This document shows, in pieces, positions 35,790 through 47,222 of a stretch of 64,000 bases of DNA. Both the position numbers and the translations under genes were made by a program. The stretch is from Podarcis cretensis. Taxonomy: Eukaryota. Below the pieces are notes generated by a model, which was not told where the DNA came from, did no database searches, and was given only the letters and a program-made list of their open reading frames with translations. The stretch's first letter is position 1, and every line of letters starts with the position of its first letter. The stretch is taken from assembly GCA_951804945.1 (NCBI GenBank), contig OX638161.1, forward strand, positions 4,340,001 through 4,404,000, given 5' to 3'.

Positions 35790-36640
35790 CACATTTTTTT
35801 TAAAAAATCATTTTCACATTTTAAAAATATTTTAAACCAAAACTTTACAAATCAAATTTACTTTCCCTTCAACTTCCCTCCCCTATGTTCTCCCTAATCT
35901 CTTACTGCACATGTTCATATCAGTCCTGCTAAAGTTCTAGATTTGTTTACAGTTTATCTTCAGATAATGAATAATTTTCCCCCACTCTATTTTTAAAAGT
36001 CTTTCTTCTTGGTTTCTTATTCTTTCAGTAAGTTTTGCCATTTCTGCGTACTCCATTAATTTAATTGCCCATCTTCTTTTGTCGGAACTGTTTCTTCCTT
36101 CCATTTTGGTGCATTAATCATTTGGGCAGCATACATAGGGTTTTTTTCTGTTCGCTGGGTGCTTCTCCATTGATTATACCTAAAATAAAAGCTTGTGGGT
36201 TTTTTCTTCTTCATTTTTTTCAACTCATTATAAATCATTTCCCAGAAGGTTTTTGCTATCTTACATGACCACCACATATGGAAAAAGTACCTTCTTTCTC
36301 TCTACATTTCCAACAGGTATCCAATTCCAACTTATACATTTTTGCCAATTTACTAGGAGTCAGATACCATCTATGCATCATTTTCAAATAATTTTCTCTA
36401 TTTGTTTAACATGCTGTAAATTTCAAATCCACATTCCACAACCTTTCCCTTTGTTTCCCATTCTAGAAGCATATTAGACCTTATCTTTTGATTGCTACTT
36501 AACAGATCTTTTTCTAATTCTCCATCCCCATTTTCCCATGCTTTATGCCAGTTCACACTGGGCTGTTTTGAGGTTTCCATCTAAAATATTTTTTAAAATT
36601 TTCATTTCTGTAGACTTTGAGGTTCCCACAAGCCTGTCTG
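35790..36640 (-). mobile_element. L1/Tx1-like LINE ORF2 3' remnant
   Basis: Minus-strand remnant [30 protein letters not shown] resembling the zinc-knuckle region; A-rich strand bias. Confidence 0.65.
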
Positions 36641-37799
36641 GCCACATAAGCAACAGCATTCACAGCTTGAACCTCACAAATGATGGTCTAGGGGTCAATG
36701 TACGTAGTTTGCACCCCTCATATTTAAAACTGGTGACTTGAAATTGGAGACCAGCTTCAAGGAAAAGCAACTGGAATTATCAAAGGTATGAGAATGTTTA
36801 GTGTAGCCTGAGAAGTTTGTAGAGCCATGCTATGCAGAGTTGTTCACAAGAAAATCTAGTTACACGCAAAAGCTTGCAGCTTTATGATTTATTGAATGAG
36901 AGGTGATTATATTTCACAAATATGTGACGCAAAAGTGGGAGAGGATTATTTAAAGTGTCACAGCACACTGGAGGTATGTAGTCCTGTTAACAGAACACGA
37001 GCTGTGCTTTCCTTCTGTATGCTCAGCCATACTGGGACTTGCAAATAAATGCAAATATTGCAAAACACCATAAGCCTGTTGTGTCCTCCTTCCAAAAGAA
37101 GCTAAACTCAGGTCTACACCGCTCAGAGAATATGCCACTATTACTCTACCACTGCTTACTGTTCTCAGGTATCTTGAAATTAACCGCTATTTAGAATATA
37201 CTGCAATACCTCAAGTACCATCTCTTCTCACGTGAACTGACCTGGACCCAGCGGTCCTCATCTGAGGCCCTTCTTCAGGTACTCCTCACAAGGTTTCCAC
37301 TTGTAGCATGCTTTCCCCAGACAGGCCTGCCTGGCACCCTCATTGCATATCTTTAGGCTCCAGATGAAAACATTCATCTCCCAGGCCTTTGGCTTATTAA
37401 ACAATCTATGGCCTTTTAAACTGTGTGTGTTTGGAGGGGGAGATTGTTGCTTTGTTTGTTATCAGACTATGCATTTTTATGTTTGTATACTGTAAACCAC
37501 CCTGTGATTCTTAGATGGTATATAAATTTAAAGAATAAATAATAAATAACAATAACAATAAATGCCAGAAGGCAGTGGTTCCAAACAGGAGAGGGGTCAG
37601 AGGCACCATTCACATAACAAAAACTACCAGAGATATAAAAAATGTCAAAACTAGGAGTTCCATGGCTTGACTTTTGAAAAACAGGAGGTCTGCAGTACTT
37701 AGCTAGTTGGGAGCCACTGCTGTAAACGGAAAGCTCCCTTTCACCTACAGCAGGGATTCTCAAATTGTCACCCATGAGCATTATTTAAGTGGCCTGTGG

Positions 37800-37970
37800 C
37801 GTGTTTGTGGGCTTGTGGTTGAAGGTTGCGCCAGAGAAGCGGTTTAGTCTCGCTGGCCACATGACCCAGAAAGCTGTCTGCGGACAAATGCCGGCTCCCT
37901 TGGCCTGAAGCGAGATGAAGGCCACACCCCAAATCGCCATTGACTGGACGTAACCATCCGGGGTCCCGCA
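37800..37970 (+). mobile_element. Degenerate Sauria SINE fragment
   Basis: GCTGGCCACATGACCC core similar to the other copies. Confidence 0.6.
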
Positions 37971-38472
37971 CCACATTCATTGTATTAACTTTAATTGCAT
38001 TTTTATTGCTTCTTTTACTTCTTAAATTGTATCTTATTGTATTAAAATTTGAATTTTATGGAATTTAGATTGTTATACAATATATAAGAAATAAAAGCAG
38101 TATTATACAATTAAAAACCATACAGCATTTAGCAGTGCATTAACAATTCCTACAAGAAGGAAAAACCTTTTATGTGGTCTGCAAAAACCCTCAGCAATTT
38201 TTAAGTTGTCAGTGAAGAGGGAGGAATTGAATGCTGACCTCCTGTATTTTCCCTTCTCCTAGGGCAGTTTTCAAATTTTCTAGATTGACATTTATTTGTC
38301 AATGGAATCCTATGCACTGCAGGTTTGAGAGATGCAGCGCAAATTAACATAGGCCACTTACTAGGTCTAGTGCATATCCAATTATTTTCCTGCAATGCAT
38401 GTTCCAGTAGATCAGTAATGGCAGACAATGCGTTCTCACATTGAGGAAAACCTCAGGTATTTTCTGGGAAGC

Positions 38473-38478
<6 letters not shown>

Positions 38479-38504
<26 letters not shown>

Positions 38505-38836
38505 ACAATGAAAAACCTTTTAATTATGTTGTAAAGGTCTGATATTCCAGTGAAATGTCATTTCAAAATAAACTTCTTATTAATTTTTTAGAAAAATTTT
38601 CTTTTACAGATTTAAATGACACATTCATATCCATTATAATACCAAATTCTTTTGGACTTCCCCCCGCTCCCTCCACAATCCTCATAATTTTGAATTTATT
38701 TCACATTTCCTTTATGATTGTATTGCCAGTTGATTAATCTTTACAGCTCTTATCCCTCTCACAATACCCTTTCTCATCACAAAGCCTCTTTAAATCCAAC
38801 TAGCGTTGTCTGTTCATCACAAATATTTTCCAGATA
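38479..38836 (-). mobile_element. 5'-truncated L1-like insertion with poly(A) tail
   Basis: T-run at 38479-38504; TSD GGAAGCTTTGTA (38467-38478 and 38837-38848). Confidence 0.75.
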
Positions 38837-39297
38837 GGAAGCTTTGTATTTTTTAGGAACAGAATGAAAACCACTGATGTGGGGTATCTGTAACTTCCAT
38901 GATTGTGGAGGTAAAGTGATTTGGGATCATCTAGAGTTTTGAGGCAACACAATGGATAAAGCAATGTTTCATGATTAAGCTCCAGCTGTTGGAATAGGGG
39001 TGACAAAATGAATTCTCTCCCTTATCAGGTTGCCTATTGCTTTTAAAAGTTTTTTATGTTGTTTTGCGGGGAAATTGTATATACTGTAAATAGTTTTACA
39101 AATAAATGAAATGGAATGAGCCTTGGCTTGCTTATCTAAAACACTTGGAACTACTTCAGTAATCATAAGTGTCATGGGCACCTATTGATTCTTCCACGCA
39201 ACAAATTCTTCCATGCAACAAACTATGTTACTTTCAAGACTGGCCTCTTGAAATAATGAATGATAGCATAAACAAGACTGATTTTTTAAATCATCAT

Positions 39298-39303
39298 TTT
39301 ATT
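39298..39303 (-). terminator. Candidate ALG2 polyadenylation signal
   Basis: AATAAA on the minus strand about 210 nt after the stop. Confidence 0.4.
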
Positions 39304-39514
39304 ATTTTGCAGCACATAGTGCAAGACGAAGTATAAAAAATATCAAGTGACAAGTTCACTATCAAAGTGGTTTGTTATATGCTAGATTCAGTCTTAAGTG
39401 GTGGTCCAATACAGAGTCAGAAGAATCACATTAATAATCTTTTGGGATGTTAGTCCATCGGTGTAATAGAAAACCCAGCATTAAAAAACAAATGTCACAT
39501 TATGGAGCTTGAGT

Positions 39515-40417
39515 TTATTGTGCTAAGCTATGAACGTATTGATACAGCTTTTCAGTGAATGCTTCCAGTGAAAACTTTTCTAGAACTCTAGTTCTCCCAG
39601 CAGCTCCCATTGTCTTCTTCAAAGCAGGGTCTTTCACGAATTTCTCCATGGCTTCTGAAAACTGGGTTGGAAGAGGATCACACAAGAAACCCGTCTTATT
39701 GTTTACAACTGATTCCAAAGGTCCCCCTGAATTTACTGCAATGACTGGGCATCTCATGTACATAGCTTCTAAAGGAACTATGCCAAAGTGTTCGTTACTT
39801 GGTGTATACAGCACACATGTGCAGTTACTAAGAAGAGCTATCTTCTGTGCATCAGAGAAAGATCTTAAGAATGTCATCTGCTCATCAATGCGAAGCTTGG
39901 CAGCAACTGCTTTCAGTTCTTCATAATAGTCCACGTTTTCTTGAACTGCCTCATCATAACCACCAGCCATAACCAAGTGAACATTCTCCCACTCCTGAGC
40001 ATCAAGTTTACCCCGAAGGTCATGCAATGCCTCTAATGCCAATACTAGATTCTTCTTCCTTTCATACCTGTTGATGGAAAGAAACAAGAATCTCTTCCTG
40101 TTGGGAACTATGTTAGCTACATCTTCAGGAATAACCGTATCAAACACGTTGACATTCAAAGAAGGGTACAAGACATCTGGATTTATGTGAGATAAGGATT
40201 TGAAGGTTTCTTTGAAAACACCGGCTGTGAAAAAGCTGTTGACAAGAATACAGTCTGCCATGCCAGTAGTATACTCTTCCAACCAGTCCAGTGGAGCTCT
40301 GTAGATACGTTTAAGAAACGATTCCCTCTTGGTCAGAAGCTGATCAGGGAAGTGACAGTAAAACAAAATCTTCTTACGGATGCGGGCAAGACGGAGAAAT
40401 GGAATGCATGCAGATAC
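39515..40417 (-). CDS. ALG2: ALG2 alpha-1,3/1,6-mannosyltransferase (GT4) exon 2
   Basis: Minus-strand tttttctag acceptor, then VSACIPFLRLARIRKKILFYCHFPDQLL...; contains the GT4 EX7E motif (EHFGIVPLE); 903 bp including stop. Confidence 0.97.
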   Translation of the reverse strand, partial: VSACIPFLRLARIRKKILFYCHFPDQLLTKRESFLKRIYRAPLDWLEEYTTGMADCILVNSFFTAGVFKETFKSLSHINPDVLYPSLNVNVFDTVIPEDVANIVPNRKRFLFLSINRYERKKNLVLALEALHDLRGKLDAQEWENVHLVMAGGYDEAVQENVDYYEELKAVAAKLRIDEQMTFLRSFSDAQKIALLSNCTCVLYTPSNEHFGIVPLEAMYMRCPVIAVNSGGPLESVVNNKTGFLCDPLPTQFSEAMEKFVKDPALKKTMGAAGRTRVLEKFSLEAFTEKLYQYVHSLAQ

Positions 40418-41299
40418 CTAGAAAAACAAAGAAATACGCCTAAGAAAGGAAACTGCTATACTGAATAACAGTGGCTCTTATGCTTGCCCAATTGTTACGT
40501 TTAGCTGTGTTTTATCTTGAACAACCCAAAGGAATGCTCTCTACACTAGATGTTTAATCAGCAGTGTCAGCATAATCCAGAATGTCTAGTGTCAAATGGT
40601 GTTCCCAACCTGTGGCATAATGCATTTGCCCCTAGTATTCCTTTTCATCTCTTCTCAGAGGTCAGAAAATATGACTTTGCTGAAAATTGCAGCTGAAGGA
40701 AGCAGCTGGAATGCAAGAAGCCTGGCTTAGTGTGTGTGTAATGATTTAGGTGCTTTCCTTCCCTTGTTTGGAAAAGGAGTGGATGAGATGATAGTGGCTA
40801 GGGACCCTTCATTCAGGGTGTTCCTTCCGTCTGGGCTGGTGGGACAGCAAGATCTTTCTAGAACTTTTGTCTCTGGCTCCTTGACAGCCGTTTGCATGGC
40901 AGCAACCACAGATACGATTAACACTTACCACCCCTGATTATAAGCAGATTTCTCCCTCTTCACTTTCTTTGTTGCAAGCAGCATGCATGTGTTTTTTAAG
41001 CACGCTTTCCTGTGAGAAGGTCCCATTACCATCAATGGGCACTTACTATTTATTAAATTTGTGTACCACCCTTCATCCAAAGATCCCAGGCCGGTTGACG
41101 ACAGCAAATGACAAAATGACAATGCAAAATACATTAATAAAACAAAAACCAAGGCTTATGCAGTGGCCCACTCATGAGGAAGGGTCCACAGAGGCAGATG
41201 TTCCTTTCCCTCTCATTCCTGATGCAGTGCTTTCCTCACTCCTTCCCTGGCAGGGGAGGGGCGGGGAGAGCGCAGAGATTTCCTAATTCGCCTCAGAAA

Positions 41300-41431
41300 A
41301 ATGATAGCTCTGTTGGTAGACCACAAGACTCTCAATCTCAAGGCTGTGGGTTCAAGCCCCAAATTGGCAAAAGATTCCTGCATAGCAGGGGGTTGTACTA
41401 GGACTCTTGTGGCCCCTTCCAAATCTACAAT
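41300..41431 (+). mobile_element. tRNA-derived SINE whose tail is interrupted by a hAT element
   Basis: A-box-like TAGCTCTGTTGG and B-box-like GGTTCAAGCCC; the tail resumes at 42599. Confidence 0.65.
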
Positions 41432-41652
41432 CGGGACCAGAATTAGGTCTTATGAGGCCCTAAGCTACTGAAGGTAATGGGGCCCTTTATATGTGATATT
41501 TGAGGGAGCAGGTGGGGCCCATTACTTACATCATAGGAGCCTACACAGCACAAAACACTGTTGCTGTAGGTAGGTTTTATTTGTTTTTTTATCTTATATT
41601 TTGGAAATGTTCATCCTGTCGCCCCCCCCCCTTAAATGTTTTTTTTGGGGGG

Positions 41653-42518
41653 AAAGTGGAGAGATCACCCTATGTGGGGATCAAATGACTTTTGGGATCA
41701 TTGGGGATCAAATGACTTTGACCCTAGGGGAAATGTCTTAAGAGAATAGGTTTAAATATATCAGTTTTAACGAGAAATAAGATTAAATAAAGTAAAAGTG
41801 GATGGCCAATTGGTGAAAGAGAGAATGGAAAATTACAGTATATTAAGATAAATTATTAGGATAAAAATAAAGATGAAGGATGTTGGTTTCTGCTCTCTTC
41901 ACTGTGCAGCGAAAGTGCTTGTCACCAGACAGGTGTTTACATTCCACAGTCAATTGCTGTTGGGTTTTCTCACGGGAAAGGGAGACTGGATGTGACGTAC
42001 ACTGGTTTCCTGTTTTTCACAGTTCACAGAGTTGTTCTCTCTGTGCTTCAGAGGAGAGAGGATGCCTTTTCTGCTCCGGCAGAGGCAAGATGTTTTTCTG
42101 TAATCTACCAGCTTTGAAATGTAAATAAAGCAATTTAGAGTATGTACACGTATTCCTCATCATTCCGCCGTGCACGGGACGCTGCATATTCAACAAAGGA
42201 TTTGCTGAAATATCTATTTGAACTAGAAAACAAAGAGGGGTGGTGTGAGGAGGTCAAGGAAATAAGTCATAGAAAGAAATTATGTAAAAGTTTAACTTGT
42301 TTTCTTTTCTTTCTCTGTTTTGATTGTATGTATTTTCTAATTATTATTTTTCCTTTTTATCTGTTTTTGGGGGTTTTTTGCACTTTTTTTTGCACTTGTT
42401 CTTGGAAATGTCTTGGGTTTTTTTTGTATTGTGTTTTCTGTTTTTTTTTTTTTTTGTAATGTTTTAAAACCTGAATAAATATTATTCTAATAAATAAATA
42501 AATAAATAAATAAATAAA
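41653..42518 (+). mobile_element. L1-like 3' fragment with (AAAT)n tail, itself interrupted by a solo LTR
   Basis: AATAAA plus (AAAT)n tail; flanked by the duplicated TAAATG-Tn-Gn target. Confidence 0.6.
41881..42195 (+). mobile_element. Solo LTR, 315 bp, in the ALG2 intron (antisense to ALG2)
   Basis: TGTTG...CAACA; AATAAA at 42124-42129; perfect 5-bp TSD AAGGA. Confidence 0.85.
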
Positions 42519-42731
42519 TGTTTTTTTTTGAGGGGGGGGGCCAAGACAGTGGGGCCCTAAACTATAGCTTGTTTGGCTTATAGGTAAACCCGGCCCCGTC
42601 TGCGACCCTGTGATCCTACGGAATGTCTTGGGCCGGCTCTTCCGAGTGGATGTCGGATCCAGGAATGGTGGGGCCGGGCCCCCCAAGGGGCATCTAGTCC
42701 GACCCCCCCCCGCCGGCGCCGCCGCCCTCAC

Positions 42732-43058
42732 CTGGTCGCAGACGAAGACGTCGACCTCCTCCCCGCTGAGCAGCAGGAGGCTGAGGGCCAGGCAGGCCAT
42801 GCGGAGGGCGGCGCAGAGCGCGTGGCCCCTTCCCAGGACGCTGCGGGGCAGCCAGCCGCCCGCCGTGCGCACGTCCAGCCCGCGCGCCTCCGAGAAGCAG
42901 CGCGCCGGGTCGTAGCGGGGCGTCCACACCTGCACGCGGCAGCCCCGCGACGCCAGCGCCACGGCCGCGTCCACCACCAGCCGCTCGGCGCCGCCCAGGC
43001 CCAGGTCCGGGTGCAGGAAGGCCACCGACGGGCCCCGCGCCTCAGCCCCACCCGACAT
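42732..43058 (-). CDS. ALG2: ALG2 exon 1 (coding part)
   Basis: ATG in gcggccATG context; encodes MSGGAEARGPSVAFLHPDLGLGGAERLVVDAA...VFVCDQ, then a gtgagg donor (phase 0); 109 codons, total protein 409 aa. Confidence 0.96.
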
Positions 43059-43470
43059 GGCCGCCAAGCCTTCTGCGCACGCGCGGGCCCAGCCAGGAGG
43101 GCCACGTCGGCCTCCGGCGGAGGGGTGCCCGCAGCGGCGCCTGTCCCCCGCGGGGGTGCTGACTCTCGGCCGTCATCGCAGCGCGGGAGAATAGGCGGCG
43201 CCGCGGGGCAGCAAAGCGGGGCAGCCCGAGCCTGCTCGGCGGGGAGGTAGCGCTGCCCCCGCTGGTGGGGAAAAGGCAGGGCTTCGAGTCAGGCGCTGGT
43301 CTGGGCAGCCGCATGCTAGGGGTCCTTCTTCCTGAGGCGCTGGCGGCCAGGCCCCCCTCTCTCGTCGCCTGAGGAGAAGGGAGAAGCCGCCGCCGCCACG
43401 ACGACGACGGAGGCGACACTTGCCGGCTGAGGGAGTTTGTGAGAAGCGGACGGAGCCGCCCTTCTTCGCC

Positions 43471-43473
43471 ATG
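43471..43473 (+). CDS. SEC61B: SEC61B exon 1 coding part (initiator ATG only)
   Basis: ttcgccATG|gtgagg; a 100-bp intron 1 ends in ccccgcag; same split-start structure as mammalian SEC61B. Confidence 0.9.
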
Positions 43474-43573
43474 GTGAGGGCGGCGGAGGAGAGGCGAGGG
43501 GAGGAAGGCGGGGCGGGGGGTTCCGCTGCCTCGGGGGCTCCTGACCGTGTCCGGCTCTTCTCTCTCCCCGCAG

Positions 43574-43671
43574 CCCGGCCCCAATCCCAGCGCCACCAAC
43601 GTGGGCGCCTCCGGCCGCTCGCCCAGCAAAGCCGTCGCCTCGCGGGCCCCAGGATCCACCGTCAGGCAGAG
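43574..43671 (+). CDS. SEC61B: SEC61B exon 2
   Basis: 98 bp encodes [32 protein letters not shown](R); gtagg donor. Confidence 0.95.
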
Positions 43672-43710
43672 GTAGGCCGGGAGGCCGCCGGGAGCAGGGA
43701 CGATGACGTG

Positions 43711-43741
<31 letters not shown>

Positions 43742-43752
43742 TATTATTATTA
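43711..43752. repeat. (TCA)n(TTA)n microsatellite in SEC61B intron 2
   Basis: Seen directly in the sequence. Confidence 0.95.
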
Positions 43753-44157
43753 TTGCTATTAAGGTTGTTGTAGGACTAATAACGGTGTTGCTTACTGAAT
43801 TTGTTAGCCGCTTTCCCTTGCCAAACCCCGCTTAAGGGCGTCCGGGGAAGCCCCCCGAGGCGCAACGGAAGTTTGAGGCTGACCCCAAAACCCGCTGTTT
43901 ATTATTATTATTGTTATTAATATTATTAAATGTAGTGGTCGCTTTCCCCCTCAGCCTCACAAAAGCCCTCCTTCCTGTCTGGAGTTAGTTGAATTCCTTC
44001 CCCAGGGGGGTGGGGGGGTTTCCCGTTTATATCAAGTTTTAAAAAAAAAACCTTTAAAACATGCATATATACAGCTGAAATGATGATTGTGGTTATCAAG
44101 CAAAGATTAGACATTTAGCTAATTATATTAGACATTTAGCTAATTATAGTCACATGA

Positions 44158-44334
<177 letters not shown>

Positions 44335-45545
44335 TAAGTGAAAATATTAAAATATAGCAGTTTTTTTTTTTTAGAAAACCATTCTTGTGTTCTCTCCAAT
44401 CTATAGCTTATTGTGAAGCAATTGGATGCATACTATCATTCTGTGTTGTTACATGGAGGAAGAACAATTTTTGTAGTTGACAAAATGTTGGTTTTGAATT
44501 TTTTTAAATCAAATTATCTTGTGTGGTGTGCATGCATATAAACATGTGTGTGCGCCTTAATTTACTAAGTCAAATAACACTATGCTCTTGGGTATTTGAT
44601 GTAGACTATACTTAGGAGGCCTGATTAGATATTATGCTGTTTAACTACCCATTGGAGTAACATGAAGCTTTTATGGTTCCCAAACCTTGTAGGTGAAATA
44701 ATTACTTGAGGTTCAATAATTCTCTTCCATTTGTAAATTTGCAGTTGCTTTTGGGCATGGCAATGGTTAATTAAGACTTAAAAGGCATTTTTCTTTTTCT
44801 GTTAGTTATTTGATCTTCTTCTGTTAATGCAAATCTTTGAGTCAACAAATGCTACTTTTTAAATCCTTTATTAAAATTCCATTTGATAACTTTTTAATTG
44901 GGTTGGATATGGGTATCTCACGGTATCTTTAAATACTGTTTATGGTCCACTAATGATGTTAAGATGCACATGAAATAGCACCGGTGTTTTCCTTGATTTC
45001 TGCTCCTCCAGAAGCTAAGTTGGATAGGGCCAAAACAATTCTATATTTAAAAACAGTCTTCTGTCCTTCTCTTTTGTAACCTACCAATCTCTTCATATTT
45101 GAATGGATCTTGAGACTTGATATAGTATATTTCTGCACAAGTTTTATTTAGATGTTCTTGCACTAAGCTGGGATTTTACTTGGTGGAATTTGCAAACAGA
45201 GAACCAAACAAAGCTGATACAAATGGTGCAGTGTTCATCATAGGGACCCTCCATTTAGTTAATCTTGTGTTGATAGATATATCCTTCATGACTTGGTCTA
45301 ATCTTTTCTTGAAGTAATCTAAGCACAGCCACTACTGCATTTTGTGGTATTGAACTCTAAAAACATTATGATTTTTAAAAACATTGTTTGCTTGTTTAAA
45401 ACTGCTTTTGTTAACTTCCTTTGTATTGGATAGAAAGGTAGGGTAACCATTTTGTTAAATAGCATGTGATTATATAGTTTTAGCTAAAAGCTAATCTATA
45501 CCTATTGTTGTGGATAATAAATACATCCTCTCCCTTTATTTTCAG

Positions 45546-45633
45546 TGGTCCTGTTCCAGTTCTCGTTATGAGTCTCCTCTTTATTGCATCTGTATTCATG
45601 TTGCACATCTGGGGCAAATACACTCGGTCATAG
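45546..45633 (+). CDS. SEC61B: SEC61B exon 4 (tail-anchor TM, stop TAG)
   Basis: ttttcag acceptor; encodes [28 protein letters not shown]; the four exons total 291 nt = 96 aa. Confidence 0.97.
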
Positions 45634-46008
45634 ACTTCACTATATCCCACCTGCCAACTTGAAAACTACGATTTGGACCAAAAGTATGGTAGCTTTCAGA
45701 GTTTACTTGGAGTAAAGTCATTTGAGCTGTTTCTCTAGATAAATCTCTTGATTTTTTCCTTAATTGGTTTTGCTGTTGAATGGACTCTTAAACTTTCTCT
45801 TAAGAAGGGTTTTTGATTCCTTTCTGTCAAAGTTTATTGCTATTTCCTATGTATACTTTAACGTGCAAATTATTTCATTAAAATTTGTCTACATAAATTA
45901 ACTGCTTTTTGGTCTTTCCCTCTAAATGTCATTTTGGTGGCAATTAAAAAACACACAAAAAGCCAGAAACATGTTTTCAAAGTTTCATATAATATATACA
46001 TTTGAATG

Positions 46009-46014
46009 AATAAA
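46009..46014 (+). terminator. Candidate SEC61B polyadenylation signal (ATTAAA near 45877 and 45943 are alternatives)
   Basis: AATAAA about 375 nt after the stop; usage cannot be verified from sequence. Confidence 0.4.
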
Positions 46015-46990
46015 GAAAAAAAGTGTGCTACAAGAAACTACATTGCATCAGAAGACTTGACAAAGGCCATCAAGAAAGATAAATTCATGAAACACCTGGG
46101 ATGGCCTTATAGGCACATTTTACAAGAAATATGGTTGATGTTCCCACATCTGCTATGTCTTTTTAATCACCTTAAACTGTGGTCCAATTCCCCAGTCCTG
46201 GAAAGAGTACTGTGTTAGAGTTCTTTTAAAGCCTGGAAAGAATCCTGGATCCCTGGATTCCTTATAGACTGCTCTTGCTCATTGGCCAGGATGCCAAAAT
46301 AATCTCTAGCATCCTGGCTGATAGGTTAGCTCCTGTATGAGGAGCGCTGGTGAATTAGGACCAGACATGATTTGTGCAGAATCACCATATAGCAGATCTC
46401 ATAAGGTACCTCTTTAGTAATTTACTATGTTAAACAATCACGTCAAACACCTTTAGAAGAATTAACATCGTAACACCTTTAAAAGAAAGTTACAAGAAGG
46501 AGATTCTGACTAAACAGCAGGAAGAACTTTATGACAGACACTAAGAGCTGTTGAGCAGTGGGATGGTCTCCCTCGGAAGGTGCTTTTTAAGCAGATTGGA
46601 TGGCCATCTGCCAGGGATTCTTTAACTCTGATTCCTGCATTGCAAGGAGTTGGAGTAGATGATACTTTTAATGGACTGAAAATTCTGCACATGCATCTTG
46701 AACCTGTGCATCTTAACATGGAAAAATGCACTATTTCTTGCTTTGTATGTAGAAAACATGAAACAAGGGAGTGCAAGTCACATCTGTATCTTCTGTCAAC
46801 ACTTGTTTGTAACTTCCAAAGCCGACCCGAGAAACACTGAGATATACACAAATTGTAGTGTGATCTGCCAATATTCAGAAAACTGAGCTGGGTAAATGAC
46901 TGATCCAATAGCATATAAAAATACGCTTTGGCTGTAATCTCAGTAATACTCACTTGTAAGGCCAGTGTTTATATAGCTATTTAAAATATA

Positions 46991-47222
46991 CAGTGGTACC
47001 TCGGGTTAAGTACTTAATTCGTTCCGGAGGTCCGTACTTAACCTGAAACTGTTCTTAACCTGAAGCACCACTTTAGCTAATGGGGCCTCCTGCTGCTGCC
47101 ACGCCGCCGGAGCCCGATTTCTGTTCTTATCTTGAAGCAAAGTTCTTAACCTGAAGCACTATTTCTGGGTTAGCGGAGTGTGTAACCTGAAGTGTATGTA
47201 ACCTGAACCCGAGGTACCACTG
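46991..47222. mobile_element. Tc1/mariner-type MITE (TAACCTGAAG repeats)
   Basis: TA|CAGTGGTACCTCGGGTT...GAGGTACCACTG|TA. Confidence 0.9.

Larger units (their letters stand above)
41432..42598. mobile_element. hAT-like non-autonomous element split by LINE and LTR insertions
   Basis: Imperfect TIRs CGGGACCAGAATTA / TAAACCCGGCCCCG; degenerate 8-bp TSD TCTACAAT/TCTGCGAC. Confidence 0.6.
42580..43900. promoter_or_regulatory. CpG island containing the ALG2/SEC61B bidirectional promoter (43059-43470 between the ATGs)
   Basis: Very GC- and CpG-rich block spanning both first exons; NRF1-like TGCGCACGCGC at 43074-43084, UPRE-like CCACGTC at ~43102, ETS CGGAAGT at 43866-43872. Confidence 0.88.

Noticed and set aside
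41300-41375. tRNA-like sequence (also at 28930-28987 and in SINE heads)
   Set aside because: Degenerate SINE heads with LINE-like tails; no intact cloverleaf
42357-43773. Long overlapping ORFs (125-236 aa) around the CpG island, including the read-through of ALG2 exon 1
   Set aside because: Stop-poor GC-rich DNA; only the spliced ALG2 and SEC61B frames match known proteins
44106-44147. 21-bp perfect tandem duplication in SEC61B intron 2
   Set aside because: Ordinary slippage duplication away from the splice signals
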